Of a DNA stretch of 64,000 bases, positions 39,452-53,306 are shown piece by piece. The stretch lies in contig NC_092678.1 in assembly GCF_964355755.1 (NCBI RefSeq), positions 16,225,881 to 16,289,880 on the forward strand, written 5' to 3'. This DNA is from Antedon mediterranea. Lineage: Eukaryota; Animalia; Echinodermata. The translations under genes were made by a program, and so were the position numbers. Positions within the stretch are counted from its first letter, which is position 1; each line of letters starts with the position of its first letter. Under the pieces are notes generated by a model. The model saw only the letters and a program-made list of their open reading frames with translations. It had not been told where the DNA came from and searched no databases.

Positions 39452-42400
39452 TCAACGAGGACACATCAGATATCTTCCACCATCTATAGGCATAAAGCTT
39501 CCTGTTACAAACGATGCATCATCCGACGCTAAGAACACAATGGATTTTGCAACATCATCGCTTTCACCAATTCGTCCAAGCGGGTGGATCTTGGTGGCCA
39601 ACTAAAAACAGAATTTAAAAAGTAACTCTAGAATGCTAATTTCTATTTTTCATTATAAAATCAACCACCTTAAAATCCCACTCCTACCAAAAAATGAAGA
39701 AGCAGAACTAGAGTATAGTGGAAAAATCACTTTTCTAGATCTTATAGTAGTAGAAATTTGTAACTAAAGCCCTTTTTTTTACTTATGTACTGACAATGAG
39801 CTGATGCTATATAAAATAGTTTCACATAATTGCATTCACATAACACCGCCAAACACAACCAGTTTTAAACGACTTTACACTCAGTATGAACGGTTCTGAC
39901 AAAAAATACATAACTTTGTGTTGATACACTTGATTTTACAAAGTCATATTATGACAGCATATATGACAGTCATACTGCACAACATCACACTTGATTTAAT
40001 AGATAAGGTGGGGAACGCAAAATTTGTTAGTAAATTTGAACTTTTAAAAGGCTACTGGCAAGTGACACTAACAGCACGCGCCCAGGAAATGTCTGCGTTC
40101 TGTACCCCGTTCGGGCTTTATCAATACAGGGTGATGCCGTTTGGCCTTTAAAATGCGCCCGTGACATTCAAGCGAATGGTAAATCGACTTGTAGCTAACG
40201 TAGAAGGCTGCGAGGCGTATGTTGATGACATGATAGTATACAGTCAAACTTGGAAGCAACACATGCAACAGCTCAGTAAAATGTTTAAAGCCTTGTCACA
40301 AGCAAACCTAACTGTAAAGAGTGATTAAGAGTGAATTCTGTCACGCTACGGTTACTTATCTCGGACATGTTGTGGGGCAGGGCCGGTTAGACACATCAGG
40401 GCTAAGGTTGGGAGTATTTATCGGTACCCAGCACCCACAAACAAAAATCGTTGATGAGGTTTTTAGGGATGGTGGGGTATTATCGGAAGTTTTGTCCCAA
40501 TTTTTCTAACGTAGCAGGTCCTCTTACAGAATTGCTTAAGAAGAATGTAAAATTTAAGTGGTCGGATATATGTGAAAGTACCTTTAGAAAAAATAAGTCT
40601 ATGCTAATGTGTGAACCAATCCTTATAGCCCCGGATTTTAAGAAACAATTCCGTTTGTATGTAGACACCTGTGATGTGGGGATTGGTAGCGTTCTCATGC
40701 AGAAGAACGTTGATGGGATAGAATGTCCCGTATGTTATTTTTCTAGAAAATTAAGCAAACATCAAATGAATTATTCGACTATTGAGAAAGAATGTCTTGC
40801 ACTATTGGAGTCGTTAACGCACTTTGATGTATATCTAAGCACTACCGTAGACCCAATACTTGCCTTTATTTATAAAATGCGAAATAAAAATCAGCGGTTG
40901 CTGAGGTGGAGACTAACTTTACAATACAATGTTAATACAATGTTGAGATTAGGCATGTTAAAGGAAAGGAAAATGTGATTGCCGACGCTCTGTCTCGTGG
41001 GGTGTGAACACTATAGATGTAATGCAAATGAATATAGATGTGTAAAACTAAGAATTATAAAATTTAAAACCGGAAAAAAAATGTATATACTTGTGGAAAA
41101 AAAAAAGAAATAGTAAATAATAATAAAAGTGATATGTAACGAAAAGAAAAGTAGTAAATGCAATAAAAATTCAAATGTTGAAAAAATAAATAAATAAATA
41201 AAATGAAAATATATGATGTAATGTGAAATTGAAATTGTGTAATAAATTAGAGATGTTTTTGTAAATACCAGTGGTTCCTGTCGAAAAACTAACTTCAAGA
41301 GGGAGAGTGTTACGTGTGACGAGAGTCAGGTGTCGCATGCAAATGAATCAAGTCGCCGGTTGTCGGAGACGCTTGCAGTGAACTGTGTCCGAGACTGGAA
41401 GCGAGGCAGGACGATAAGAATGGAAAAGTTGTGATTGAATGTACGGATGGCTAGGCAAACCAACCACTCGGTATCATACGTATTGTTGTAACTCTATAGT
41501 TGTGTTGTTATGTATTTATGCATCCTGAAAGGAAATTAAATGGAACTCTGAGTGTTGGCTATTGTTCCAAACCTTGTTGTTTTTAGGTATTTCGGCCTAG
41601 GCCAAAAGTGGTCGTAACACTGAACATCACGCTTGACCGCACAGCATCAAACTTCACACTCGCACACAGCAAAACTGGGAAGCATAATTGATCATGTCAC
41701 AGGTCATGTTGCTGCATAACCCTTTCAGATAGGAAACCATAATCAGAACTTGTGTGAGAGGTTATGTGAGAAAATGGCTTTTAGAATGATTTCAGTTGAC
41801 AATTAAAACATTGTTCCTAGTGTGCTAATTACAAATACTACTACTACTTCTATTAATACTACTACTATATATAAATTAAAAGTTGATTCAGCCTATGTGT
41901 TTAAAACATACCTCTCTAACTTTGGTTATATCCTTACCAATCTTTTCATGGAGTGGGGTGTCAATAGATCCAGGACTGCAATGAAATACATTGTATTCAA
42001 AAGTAACTTTCATATTTATCAGGTGCATATGTGGGGACGAGGAGAGTAAGTCCGATTTGTTGCTGACCTTCCATTTTCAAGCTTTTTTAGCGGACTGCTG
42101 TGTGTGGATATAGTTACAGGAACAGGATTCCCCTTCCATCGCGGAGGTTTACACTAGGCAAATTTAAGTACTTATTAATATTTACGTAGCAAGTAAGTAC
42201 TTGACAACTGGTTAAAAAAAAAAGTTAACATTTATTTTTTAAATATTAATATTTACTTTATTTATTAATAATAATATACTTTCCCTTGATTGCGATCTAA
42301 TTATATAAAAAAATGCTATATGGGCTTATTGCAATAATTGTTTTCACCTTTAACAAAATCAGTTAATTCTTATAATTTTAGCAGCCTGCTATAACTACCA

Positions 42401-45400
42401 GCATGCATCGCACACAGATTGATATTTTTGTTTTACTTCTATGCACCCACTTTCGATCATCATGAAGAGAAAACAAATGTCCAGGTTTAATGTTTTTACA
42501 GTAATTATTATGCCTAATTTTTGCAAAATGTCAACAATTGCAAGTGTTTTTAACTTTGGAGGAAATAGAACTTACTTGACAGAATTAACCCTCACTCCTT
42601 TTGGCGCCAATTCTGAAATTATAATATGAATAAAGAAACTTAAAGATAACACTTGATACTTGGTGTCGAGATTAAAGATATCACACAAATGTGTAATGAT
42701 GAAATGATATCTAAACTAAATAGTATTTTAGTTGATGAATCTCATATTCTCAATAATAGTTACCAGATCTGGAAGATTAACAAACAATTCCAGTTAAAAA
42801 CTGACTTACATTTTCATTTTTACCTAGCGCTATTAGACTACACAACAATGAGTTCCAAGGATAAGTCATTAGGTCTTTTGTATTTTATATTGCTTGATCA
42901 GTTGTTAAGTTCCATGTTGATCATGAATGTAAATATTATGTGTGTATTGTTTTGTTTGTGTTTTTCTGCCAAGAAAACAATAATCACTGTACTATATGTA
43001 AGAATGACTTAATAAATCGAATCTGATAACACTTAAGTGCAGTGCTGTACATGCTAGGTTTGTAGGAACTTGCGTTTCGCCTACGTCCTTGCCTTCCATA
43101 TCTAGTGGGAACCACTAGTGGGAACCAAGATTTAGTAAATCAATTTTTTAGGTTTGGACCTCAAAGTACATACAAATAATTACAAATTGTAGGCCTACTC
43201 TCCACAACCGAAAGGTGTGTGTCACTGATTCGAAAGTGAGTACCCATAAAATACTGAACCTCTACAGGGTCAATATAAGCACATTGAGCACCATCTGTTA
43301 TACAGTGCACAAGGCAATATAAGCACATTGAGCACCATCTGTTATACAGTGCACAAGGACAATATAAGCACATTGAGCACCATCTGTTATACAGTGCACA
43401 AGGACAATATAAGCACATTGAGCACCATCTGTTATACAGTGCACAAGGACAATATAAGCACATTGAGCACCATCTGTTATACAGTGCACAAGGACAATAT
43501 AAGCACATTGAGCACTGTCAGTGGTACTGTACAGTATGTGCGCAATATAAAAATCATCATCAAATCATTTATACGTACCAAGTGCTGTAACTCGTGTGAA
43601 CTGATCTAGGGCGCTCTTTGACATGTTGTAAACTATCATATTAGGAACCTGCATGTAAACATAGTAATTCAATGTAAGAGAATAATATGGTGCAATGGCA
43701 GTAAACCACACTGTATATGAGGAGGCATGGGTTCAGGAACTGCCTGTATCACCTTGTTTATGCCCTTAGGCAGAATATGTTTATAGTCTTTCATATAGGA
43801 TGATAAATCATATGTATGTGTACAGTACATAAAAACTGTACACATAATATGCATAATGAAGAATTTGTACACTGTTTAGCAGAGATAAAAACCTGGAACA
43901 GCCACTATGTAGGTTACTGTACCTTCCTACAGTTTTAACGGGAATGTAAAGGCTTAGCAATTTTTTTTTTCTTCATTACAATTATGACATCATTTGAAAA
44001 TAATACTTACAGCTCTTGTTCCACAAACACTGGAAACATTTATAATTGAACCTAAAACAGAATAAAATTTTACTACTGAATAAATTATTATCTGCTGTAC
44101 AGATTATCTGATAACAGATGGACATTGACAGTGTGGCAATTGTAATGATAAATAATAGTGTATTCATTTATGTAGCACAAATTCCATACATAATGTTCAA
44201 ATGATGCTTTTAAATAACCCTGGTTACCCAAACATTTGGAAACATACTTCCATAGTATTGCCGAAGGATATAAGCAATGCCATGAGCATTAAACTCAAAC
44301 TCCCGATCTTGCAAGAAATCCAACTTCCAACACACTGCGTTACAGGCTCACAATCTATACAACACCTGACACGATATTCCCAGATAATCTTCATCCAAGA
44401 ACAGTAGTTCCAGGGGAGGATTTGACTGTACCAATAAATCTATACAGCATCTGACGCGATATTCCCAGATGATCTTCATCCGTGAACAGTAGACCCAGGT
44501 GTTTAACTGTACCATTAAATCTATCTGTTATCTGTTTAAGTTAAAGAATATTTTTTAAAACCTGCTGATAATCAATTACATTTATGGACACTAACCTTTA
44601 GATTTGATTAATGAAGGCACAAGAAGATTGGTAATTTGCACAACAGATCTAACATTGAGATTAAAGACTTGATCAAAAGTTTCCATTGTTGACGTTTCAA
44701 GTGTATTTTTGGCTGCTATTCCAGCATTGTTAACCTGAAATTACAAAAATACACCATTTTGTAAGGTTTCCTTGTAATTAATTTGCATAATTAATAGTGT
44801 AATGAATCTATAAAAAACAATCTGAACTTGTACTAATACTACACCATCCACTGAACTACTAGTCTACACCATCCTCTGGACTACTACACACCATCTCACA
44901 GACTACTACACCCCACCTCACAGATTAACTACACACCATATCACAGACTACCACACACAATCCCATGGACTGCAACACCATCCCATGGACTGCAACACCA
45001 TCCCATGGACTACTACACACCATCTCACAGACTACTACACCCCACCTCACAGATTAACTACACACCATATCACAGACTACCACACACAATCCCATGGACT
45101 GCAACACCATCCCATAGACTACTACACCATCCCATGGACTACTGCACCATCTCATGGACAACTACACCATCCCATGGACTACTACACCATCTCATGGATT
45201 ACAACACCATCCCATGGACTACTACATCATCTCATGTACTACACACCATTCCATGGACTACTACACCATCCCATGGACTACTACACCATATAATGGACTA
45301 CTACACCATATCATGGACTACTACATAATCCCATGGACTACTACATAATCCCATGGACTACTACACCATCCCATGGACTACTACACCATCCCATGGACTA

Positions 45401-47607
45401 CTACACAATCCCAAGGACTACTACACCATCCCATGGACTACTACACAATCTCATGGACTACTACACCATCCTGGACTACTACACCAAATGGACTATTACA
45501 CCATATCATGGACTACTACACCATCCCATGAACTACTACACCATATCATGGACTACTAAATAATCCCATGGACTACTACACAATCCCATGGACTACTACA
45601 CAATCCCATGGACTACTACACAATCCTATGGACTACTACACCATCCCATGGACTACTACACCATCTGATTGTACGATATCCTACCAATATATCAAGTCGT
45701 CCAAAGTGATCCAAAGTTGACTTAACAAAACGTTCTACATCATCTTCTTTACACATGTCTCCTTGCAGAATTAAAACCTGAAAAACATATGGATAATTAA
45801 ACAGTTTAAATAACTTTTTTAACCTTTCTAAAATACATTTACATAAATGGATTTGATGCCAAGAACTCATCTTCTTAAAGGTTGCCCATTGTCTTGTTTC
45901 AATCCCATAGGCCTACTCTACTCTTTATTTATTCTCTTTTCTTTCAAGTACCTATGTTACCAATAATAGCTCTCTGTAAAGTGTAAGTCAAATAAGTTGT
46001 GTATTTTGGTTTAGTAGGCCTAAAACCTTAGTTAGCAATCTCACCTGATCTGGAGAAAGTCCAGCTTCTTGACATACTCTTGCTGTTGCCTCCAAGTTTG
46101 ACTGGTTCCGACCAATCAAAGACACGGAACATCCTCTTAATGCAAATTCCTTTGCCGTTGCTGCTCCAATACCAGAACTTGCACCTAAAATATGACAAAA
46201 TTGTGTGCTATCCATAGAGGTAACATTTATAGCTCTCCAAGTGCTATCCACGATCAAGTTAGTCAAAATATATACAAGGTGGGAGTTTGAAACTACTAGT
46301 ACTATACCCTGCTTACTACTAGCCTCTAGGCCTAGATAGTAGTACGGTAGCGGGACGATTCGGCCCCGAGACGATTCGGGCCGGGACGATTCGGCCCCGA
46401 GACGATTCGGCACACTTACATTTATCGGCTTTGATATGAATTTATAAGCATAAATAAACTTTTTTCCCCAAACTTTATTTTCAGAGAGACTATATGGGGT
46501 AGTACTACTAGGGATAAAGACGCAATAAAGCAAACATTTTGAAAACATTGTCGAAAATGATCATTTTTTAGTCACGCGAACGATGAAAACAAGTTACACC
46601 CTCTGTTGGCCGCTTGGCGTAAGCACGAAATAAACAAGGTTTTTGACGTAATAAATTGAATATAAAATTACGTTTTTTTAGTAATTTATTATAATTATAT
46701 TGATTTTGTCAATATCAATAAAATAAGGATTGTTAAACACCTTTAAAAACTTGATAAATACCAACGAAAATGAATATGAATTTGGTCTAAAGTGAGACGT
46801 TTCGGCCCACCAAAAGTGGGCCGAATAGTCCCAGGCCGAGTCGTCTCAGCAGGGCCGAATCGTCCCTGAATCAGTAGTACTACCTAGCTAGCCTAGGCCT
46901 AGTCTAGAACTAGGCCTCCCATAGACCTAGACGGGCTTTTAGGCCTACCTAGGCCTAGATCTAGGCCGCCTGGCAAATAGAACTTCAGCCTCTACTACTA
47001 GCTAGTAGCTAGTGAGTTTAGAGAGACCTGCTGGTGGCCACGGCACAGTACAATAGGCCTGGCCTAGGGCCAGGCTAGCCTAGTACTCTAGTCTAGTTAG
47101 CTGGAGTGGAGGGCCGTTTACTACTAACCTAACAAAAAAGCTAGGCCTGGCCCTAGCCTAGTGTTACTAGGCCTAGGCCTAGTAGGCCTAGCTAGGCTAG
47201 GCCTAGATTAATATGGGCGAAGTCCCACTAGGCATACTACTACTAGGCCTAGGCTAAGCCTAGCTAGCATATAGGCCTACTAGGCCTAACTAAAAGGCCT
47301 AGCTAGGCTAGCCTACTAGCTAAATAAAAAAAGGCCTAGTTAGGCTAGGCCTAGATAGAGGCTAGCTAGCTAGTAGGCAGCTAATATAAGCTAAATAGGG
47401 CTAGCCTAGATAGATATAGGCTAGGCCTAGCTAGGCTAGGTAGGCCTAGCCTAGCCTAGGCTAGATTCATACCCTACAGTAACTCCCAGTTTTAATGTTG
47501 GGTTAAGGGGTGGGTACGAAACTGCATTAGCGCCAATATTGGAATGGATTTTAATGTTACTAACCTGTAATAAGTGCAGCTTTACCAGAAAACGAGCGCA
47601 TTTTCAT
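39452..47607 (-). CDS. Classical short-chain dehydrogenase/reductase (FabG-like), 9 exons, ~258 aa
   Basis: Exons 47607-47565, 46184-46045, 45777-45685, 44734-44596, 44051-44011, 43648-43579, 42612-42576, 41975-41912, 39601-39452. Motifs TGASSGIG, VNNAG, NVSS, YNMSK, VRVNSVNPG and FVTGSFMPIDGG. Confidence 0.92.
39985..41619 (+). mobile_element. 5'-truncated Ty3/gypsy LTR retrotransposon (RT-RNase H, PPT, 3' LTR), Gmr1-like domain order
   Basis: Degenerate RT (LKGYWQV, MPFGL, YVDD) and RNase H ending ENVIADALSRGV* at 41007. PPT AAGAGGGAGAG 41297-41307. LTR 41308-41619, TGTTACG...CGTAACA. Confidence 0.88.
43270..43515. repeat. 39-bp minisatellite (~6 copies)
   Basis: CAATATAAGCACATTGAGCACCATCTGTTATACAGTGCACAAGGA-type units in tandem (unit length approximate). 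Confidence 0.85.
44835..45667. repeat. 20-22 bp minisatellite CCATCCCATGGACTACTACA
   Basis: Long tandem array in SDR intron 3. Confidence 0.92.
46346..46872. mobile_element. TIR element with GGGACGATTCGGCCC repeats
   Basis: Inverted subterminal repeats; 8-bp TSD AGTAGTAC (46338-46345, 46873-46880). Confidence 0.72.
46880..47470. repeat. TAGGCCTA/CTAG low-complexity tract in SDR intron 1
   Basis: Dense, aperiodic TAGGCCTA, TAGGCTA, TAGCCTA and CTAG units. Confidence 0.8.
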
Positions 47608-47772
47608 GTAGAGAGCTAGGCCTAGCTAGGTCAGACTAGATGAGCAACATCAGCTGCTGTGCATCATCAAAAAAGACTATCTTTGATATCATGCACACAT
47701 TGTAGTATAGTAGTATGGATTCCAGGTGGTACGTCTAAAATTTAAAAAAAGAGGGCGCCAGTACTTGTAACC

Positions 47773-49810
47773 GGATGCTAGTCAAGCCGCCCCATCGCAA
47801 AGTCGCCCCATACAAAGTCGCCCCTTACACAGTCGCCCCATCGCAAAGTCGCCCCAAAACAAAGTCGCCCCAACGCAAAGTCGCCCCATCGCAAAGTCGC
47901 CCCATCACAAAGTCGCCCTTTCGCAAAGTCGCCCAAAACGTTAAAAAATAGTTTACAAGTGCGTAAAATGTCGCAATGATACACAAAATAACACGGAACG
48001 TGTAGGCATAAAAGGGGAAGCCCCGCCATGTAGTCTCAGGTCACACGATCGGCACGCACCCCCATCATCAGAGTGGAAACCCCGACTAATCACTCAGCGG
48101 TCGCACTAACGTGCTATAGCTTACCAGCAGAGGGAAACCCCGTAATTACTCCGCCGTTGTCGCACTACAACGCACCACATTCTGAAGATGGGGAAACCCC
48201 GCCGGAGTTTTACGATGATATCAGTCGCGTTCGAAATCGGTCGCGTTTAATTTTGGTCGCGATAAAATGATGTTATACGATCTAGATTATTTTTACTTTG
48301 GTCGATGAATATTTATTGTTATTATTAGGCCTATATTAATAATTGATTTTTGTTTTTATTTTACAGGTCAGTATATGATGGGAAAGATGTGTGCCTTAAA
48401 AAAATGACAATTTGTAAACATAGTTTAAGATTATAGTATTATCCAGCATAATGTCATTTGACAGTACATAATTATTTAAATGTGAAATATTTTATAGGAA
48501 ACGTAGACTGCGTCTGTGTCTTTTATTTTATATGCAACAAATTACGTAAAACAATTTATTTATAAACATTCAGTTTACTATTATTATACATAGTATTACA
48601 ATGGACATTGATTGTAAGCCTGGAATATCCCATCATTATATCAATTATAAAATTGCATCATATCACCACTATATGTCGTAAATGACGTGCGTGTGTGTAT
48701 TCGTCGTACGTATTATTCCATGCCTCTTCACTGTCTTGTTTAATTTAAAATTAAATATACACCCGATTTGAGGATATTTATTAGGCATGTTAATTAGAAT
48801 GTTCTAAAACCAAAAGGGTTGAAAAGAATTTCTCAGTAAAATGATCATTGTACTGTTGAATAAAAGGCGACTCGCTATCTGAAACATTCTCTGAAACCAA
48901 TCGGAGCTGCGCCTTCTGGTATCTGTTTCCTCACAGCTGCTACGTCTTTCTGCTGACCGTCGGAGATTCCCCTTTTTAAAAAAACACGCACACGATACTG
49001 TACGATGGTTTTTCCATGGTCAAAATGTAGCGTTTTAAATTTTACTAAAATACCTGCATGTAAAACAATCATATCGGCGATGAAATCCTTTTTTTTCCCT
49101 TCATTTTGAAAAGTCATTATAAAAGTAAGACACATAACTTGTCAATAAATGCAAAATGATCAATAAGTAGCCTATAACACTCATTGTCTTACAACACTGT
49201 TTTACAACTCATTGTCTTACAAATCTATACGAAGGCCTACACATTTATACATTTATTATATTATCCTAAAAAATGAGCTGGTATCCAGGCGTAGGTTGAA
49301 GAAAGATTCGTAATTGTGGCTCTGGTAACTAATTTAACATTTTCGAAACTATAAATCAGGGATAATCTTTTTAGAACTTTCAAACAAGGGACTATTTTTT
49401 TAATGATTTTTAAAAAGCACATCACTCCATTAAAACCTGTAAAATAAAAATTGTATGTATATAATAGGATAAACATTGTAATGTAGGCCTATACGACATT
49501 TAGCGCGACCAAAGTAACAAACGCAATCGATATCAAACGCAACCGATATGAAACAGCGTACTACTAAGGCGGCGCTTCATAATCATACCGAAATAAAACC
49601 GTGGGCGACTTTGCGATGGGGCGACTTTCCGATGGGGCGACTTGGCGTTGGGGCGACTTTGCGCTGGGGCGACTTTGTAATTGGGCGACTTTGCGATGGG
49701 GCGACTGTGCCCGGGCGACTTTGTTTTGGGGCGACTTTGCGATGGGGCGACTTTGTATTGGGCGACTTTGTATGGGGCGACTTTGCGATGGGGCGACATG
49801 ACTGGATCCC
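47773..49810. mobile_element. Mutator-like element with tandem AAAGTCGCCCC subterminal repeats; contains a relative of the 30167-33452 element (~48205-49560)
   Basis: Inverted repetitive arms; 9-bp TSD CTTGTAACC (47764-47772, 49811-49819). Confidence 0.82.
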
Positions 49811-51227
49811 CTTGTAACCCTAGCTATATACAGAGCCGTGACATTGTTTGGCTCTGACCCTAAAAAGAGGCACAAAAGCAGGATGTCGTCTATAAAAGAA
49901 AAACAATACAAATGTGTAATTTCAATTCCATATTTTTATTTCCAATCAGTGTCTTGCCTAAAATTTTCTTTTATAAAAGATAATATAACAGTTAAAACAA
50001 TCCTGGGACGACAGCGCACAAAATGCTCTATCTTCCATGGGATTATTGGAAGTTGACTTTAACATTCCACAAAATCACTTATATGCAATTTTTTCTTTCT
50101 ATTTTAACGATATTTATTGCCAGCACAATTACCGTAACCACTGTTATGATAATCTTGCCATAAACATGATAGGCCTACTTTTTCCCTGGCTTGACAGGTT
50201 TCATGGTGAAACGTTGCCTAACTAAATTTCCAATTCTTTCAATTCTCAAGAGTGTGTCATATGTTCTGTCCTGTGAAACCCCTAAAGCCAATTTCGGTTT
50301 TCTTTTCAACTTTTGGTTAGCGTCTCCAGTATTCAGGGGACACTTTCTTTTGAACAACCGAGGGGAAATAGTTTAACAACTAACTCCTCATTCAGGTAAA
50401 ACTTTTATGTAAAATGTGTTGGGTCCTGAAGGATTCACCTTAATGGGGTACTAACAGTAGCATTGGTCTCGTCTTCGTATATACCTACCTGAACAAGTAG
50501 ATAATGAGTTAAAGTACTTCATCTATTTTAGCCAAAAATCTAGTAGGACTACACATATTCACCTTAAACAAAATCATCCTTCTTTTATTTATCAGCCCCT
50601 TCATAGTATATTCACCCAAGTTAATCAGCACCTATAAATATTATATGGTGTTAAAGGCAATAATTGCTATGGTAATTATGGCAATAATGTCAATATATAA
50701 AATAATAAAATCGCATTAAGAAGTGTTCTGCGGGTAGGAAATGTAGATTCAAATATATATTTATTATCAAGGAGCATTTTGCTCTGACTCAGAATGGACG
50801 GTGTGAATATTTCGTTGAAAAATGTACTTCTCTATTTTTAACGACTACTTAATTCAACGAATACAAGACATCTCACCTAGGCCCTACTGTTTTATATTCA
50901 ATGTTTATCCATGGTAAATCATTGGCGAATGCGCTGGGCTGGGCATTTAATAATGCATTGCTCCAATCTTAGACGCGTCTAGGCCTCTACTAGAACAGTT
51001 TTACAGACGGCGCTTACAACATTGATAGGGCTATATCCAAACGCTACGCTCTCCAGTAGACTTGTCTCCAAAAAAAATAAATCTTTTCTCCCAGTTAATA
51101 CTTCATTCATTGGATGTGAATTATACATAACAGAACGAATTTGGTATTGTTAACCATGGCCAAATGTTGCTTCTTTTTACTTAATTTTAATGAGTTTTAA
51201 TAATAATAATATCATTACGTATTGGAA

Positions 51228-51668
51228 AAAATAAAAATCTGTTTCGCATGGCAACGAAATATTGAAGGCCCGTCCAAAATATGACTGCGGTAAATTTGAG
51301 CGAAGCGCGGGTACGTGTTGCTTGGTGCTTGGCTGCCTAGGCCTAGCTTAACATCAAAGCGAGTGAGGACTTTAAAAACTGCTATTTATCAAAATTGACC
51401 TGACATTTTAGTAAATTACTTTAGTAAATTACTTTCAATAAAAGTGTAATTATTTTATAATCATGAATCATTCCTGATTGAAATGCAAAATGTGCAAAAT
51501 AGCTCAAAAACTATACTCGTTTTGTAGTTACGAATATGACTGGTGATATTCGCCAACACGAATACGCTTTACGAATATGAAATAGGAATCAGCTCAAAAA
51601 TTTCACAAAATTTAATGTGTGACGTATCCGTTTTCGTTATCGTATTTTTAAGGTTGCGAAACCTCCCT
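51228..51668. mobile_element. 5'-truncated copy of the 7345-9674 TIR element without the Helitron
   Basis: Colinear with 7420-7596 joined to 9438-9674. Confidence 0.78.
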
Positions 51669-52773
51669 ATACTCTTCAAATTTTAGTTTATTCTCAAGTT
51701 AATTAGTTCTTCTCTATTTAGAAAAAAAGAGATATGTTTTTAAAATTTGAGCAATGTCATTTATTACAAAAAAAGATCATTGAGTATTAGTTACGTTTAA
51801 TACGGATATTGGAGCTTGACATTGAAAGGCACGAGAACACCTAGAAAGAATTTGTAAAATTTGTAAACAGAACAGGGTGAAAGACGAATTTAATTTAATG
51901 TTGATTGTACATTTTATAATGGAAAAGACACAAATGTATTCATACAGCAACTTATAAAATTTGGCCACCGCCAGACCTACCATATTGTTGTTAATTTCTA
52001 ACACAAACTTTGCATATAATTAGGAAACCACTTTGCATTTTGAAGCTAGGCCCTACGGTACTGTGTGGAGTGATTTTGTCTCAAGGAGTAATTGGTCGAA
52101 AGTTTGCCCTAATATGAAGTAATGTTCTACTTTAGGCCTATTCTAAGTATATTATTGAGAACATGACTAGACGTCATTTGGGTGGGACTTGCCGCATGAC
52201 CTCCAGTCGTTTGTACTCTAGACCACCAAGATTCTTTTTTTTTTTTCTCAAAGTACATCATTACGTCACAGTAGGACAACCATCTCACCAAAGAAATAAT
52301 AAATCATGGTGATATCGTAAGTTATAGTCAATTATGTTTTGTAGGGCCAACGGCGGCCCATGTACTTGACATGAATAGTAATATTTTTTGTATAGTTAAA
52401 ATATAATAATTGTATGTATATAATATTGTCATGCATTAAGGATTATTTTATATTGTATAGCGTGTATGTATGCATGCAGGTTATAATATGTATATGTATA
52501 TGTAAAGAGTAGACTGGTGAATGTATTTCTTCAGTACAATTTTAATTACTATGTAAGTATTATATTTCTACAAACATACTAATTGTTTTGAAGAAATCAA
52601 AAAAGTGTTTTTTAACCATTATTTTATTTATTTGAAGATTAGCTTAAGATAGCTTTATATAATTTTCTTCATTTTGTTTTTGTCTTAAACGTGGTATAAA
52701 TATAATGATAATTGCACTTAAAAAAACAGTTACAAATATTATCACAAATGCAACCAGCCAGGCAAACTGGGAT

Positions 52774-53267
52774 CTACGAAAGGAAACGGTTGTGACGCGT
52801 TGAGAATTGGAAAACAGTTCGATTGTATAGTTTGAAACGCATTGACAACATAGTGGAAACGGTTATGCAGCAAGCTTGAAAACGACCAGCAGCAGATTGA
52901 TGTAGTATACTCTCACCGTAAGTTAGGCCACTCTCTTCTAATAATCTAGCAGTGTGTAACTCATTCAGTACCGACTGCATCTCTTTATCTTCACCAATGT
53001 TTACCCGTTCTTCTGGGTCTAGGTGGAGATTGTAAAGTAACGAGGGATCGTCTTGACTAAGAGGAATAGCGTTACGACACCTGGCATTATACTCTAAATC
53101 TTCAAAAGATTCTATCATTACGGCATGCGCCTTGTACTGGTTGTAACGGTAGGCAAAAGGGCTTTTCCATGTATTATTGAAAAACATCAAACTTGACCTA
53201 GGGCTCTGTGGAAAAAATAGAAATAATTCACTGGAAATTTAATTTAATTTCAAAACGAATAAATTAT

Positions 53268-53306
<39 letters not shown>

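Noticed and set aside
43161-43609. Cys-rich repeat ORFs and a CRISPR-like appearance
   Set aside because: Contiguous tandem units with no unique spacers, no cas genes, located in a eukaryotic intron.
44985-45563. His/Thr-rich ORFs
   Set aside because: Translation of a 20-22 bp minisatellite.
47778-49911. WGDFAMGRL-type repeat ORFs
   Set aside because: Derived from the subterminal tandem repeats of a Mutator-like element.
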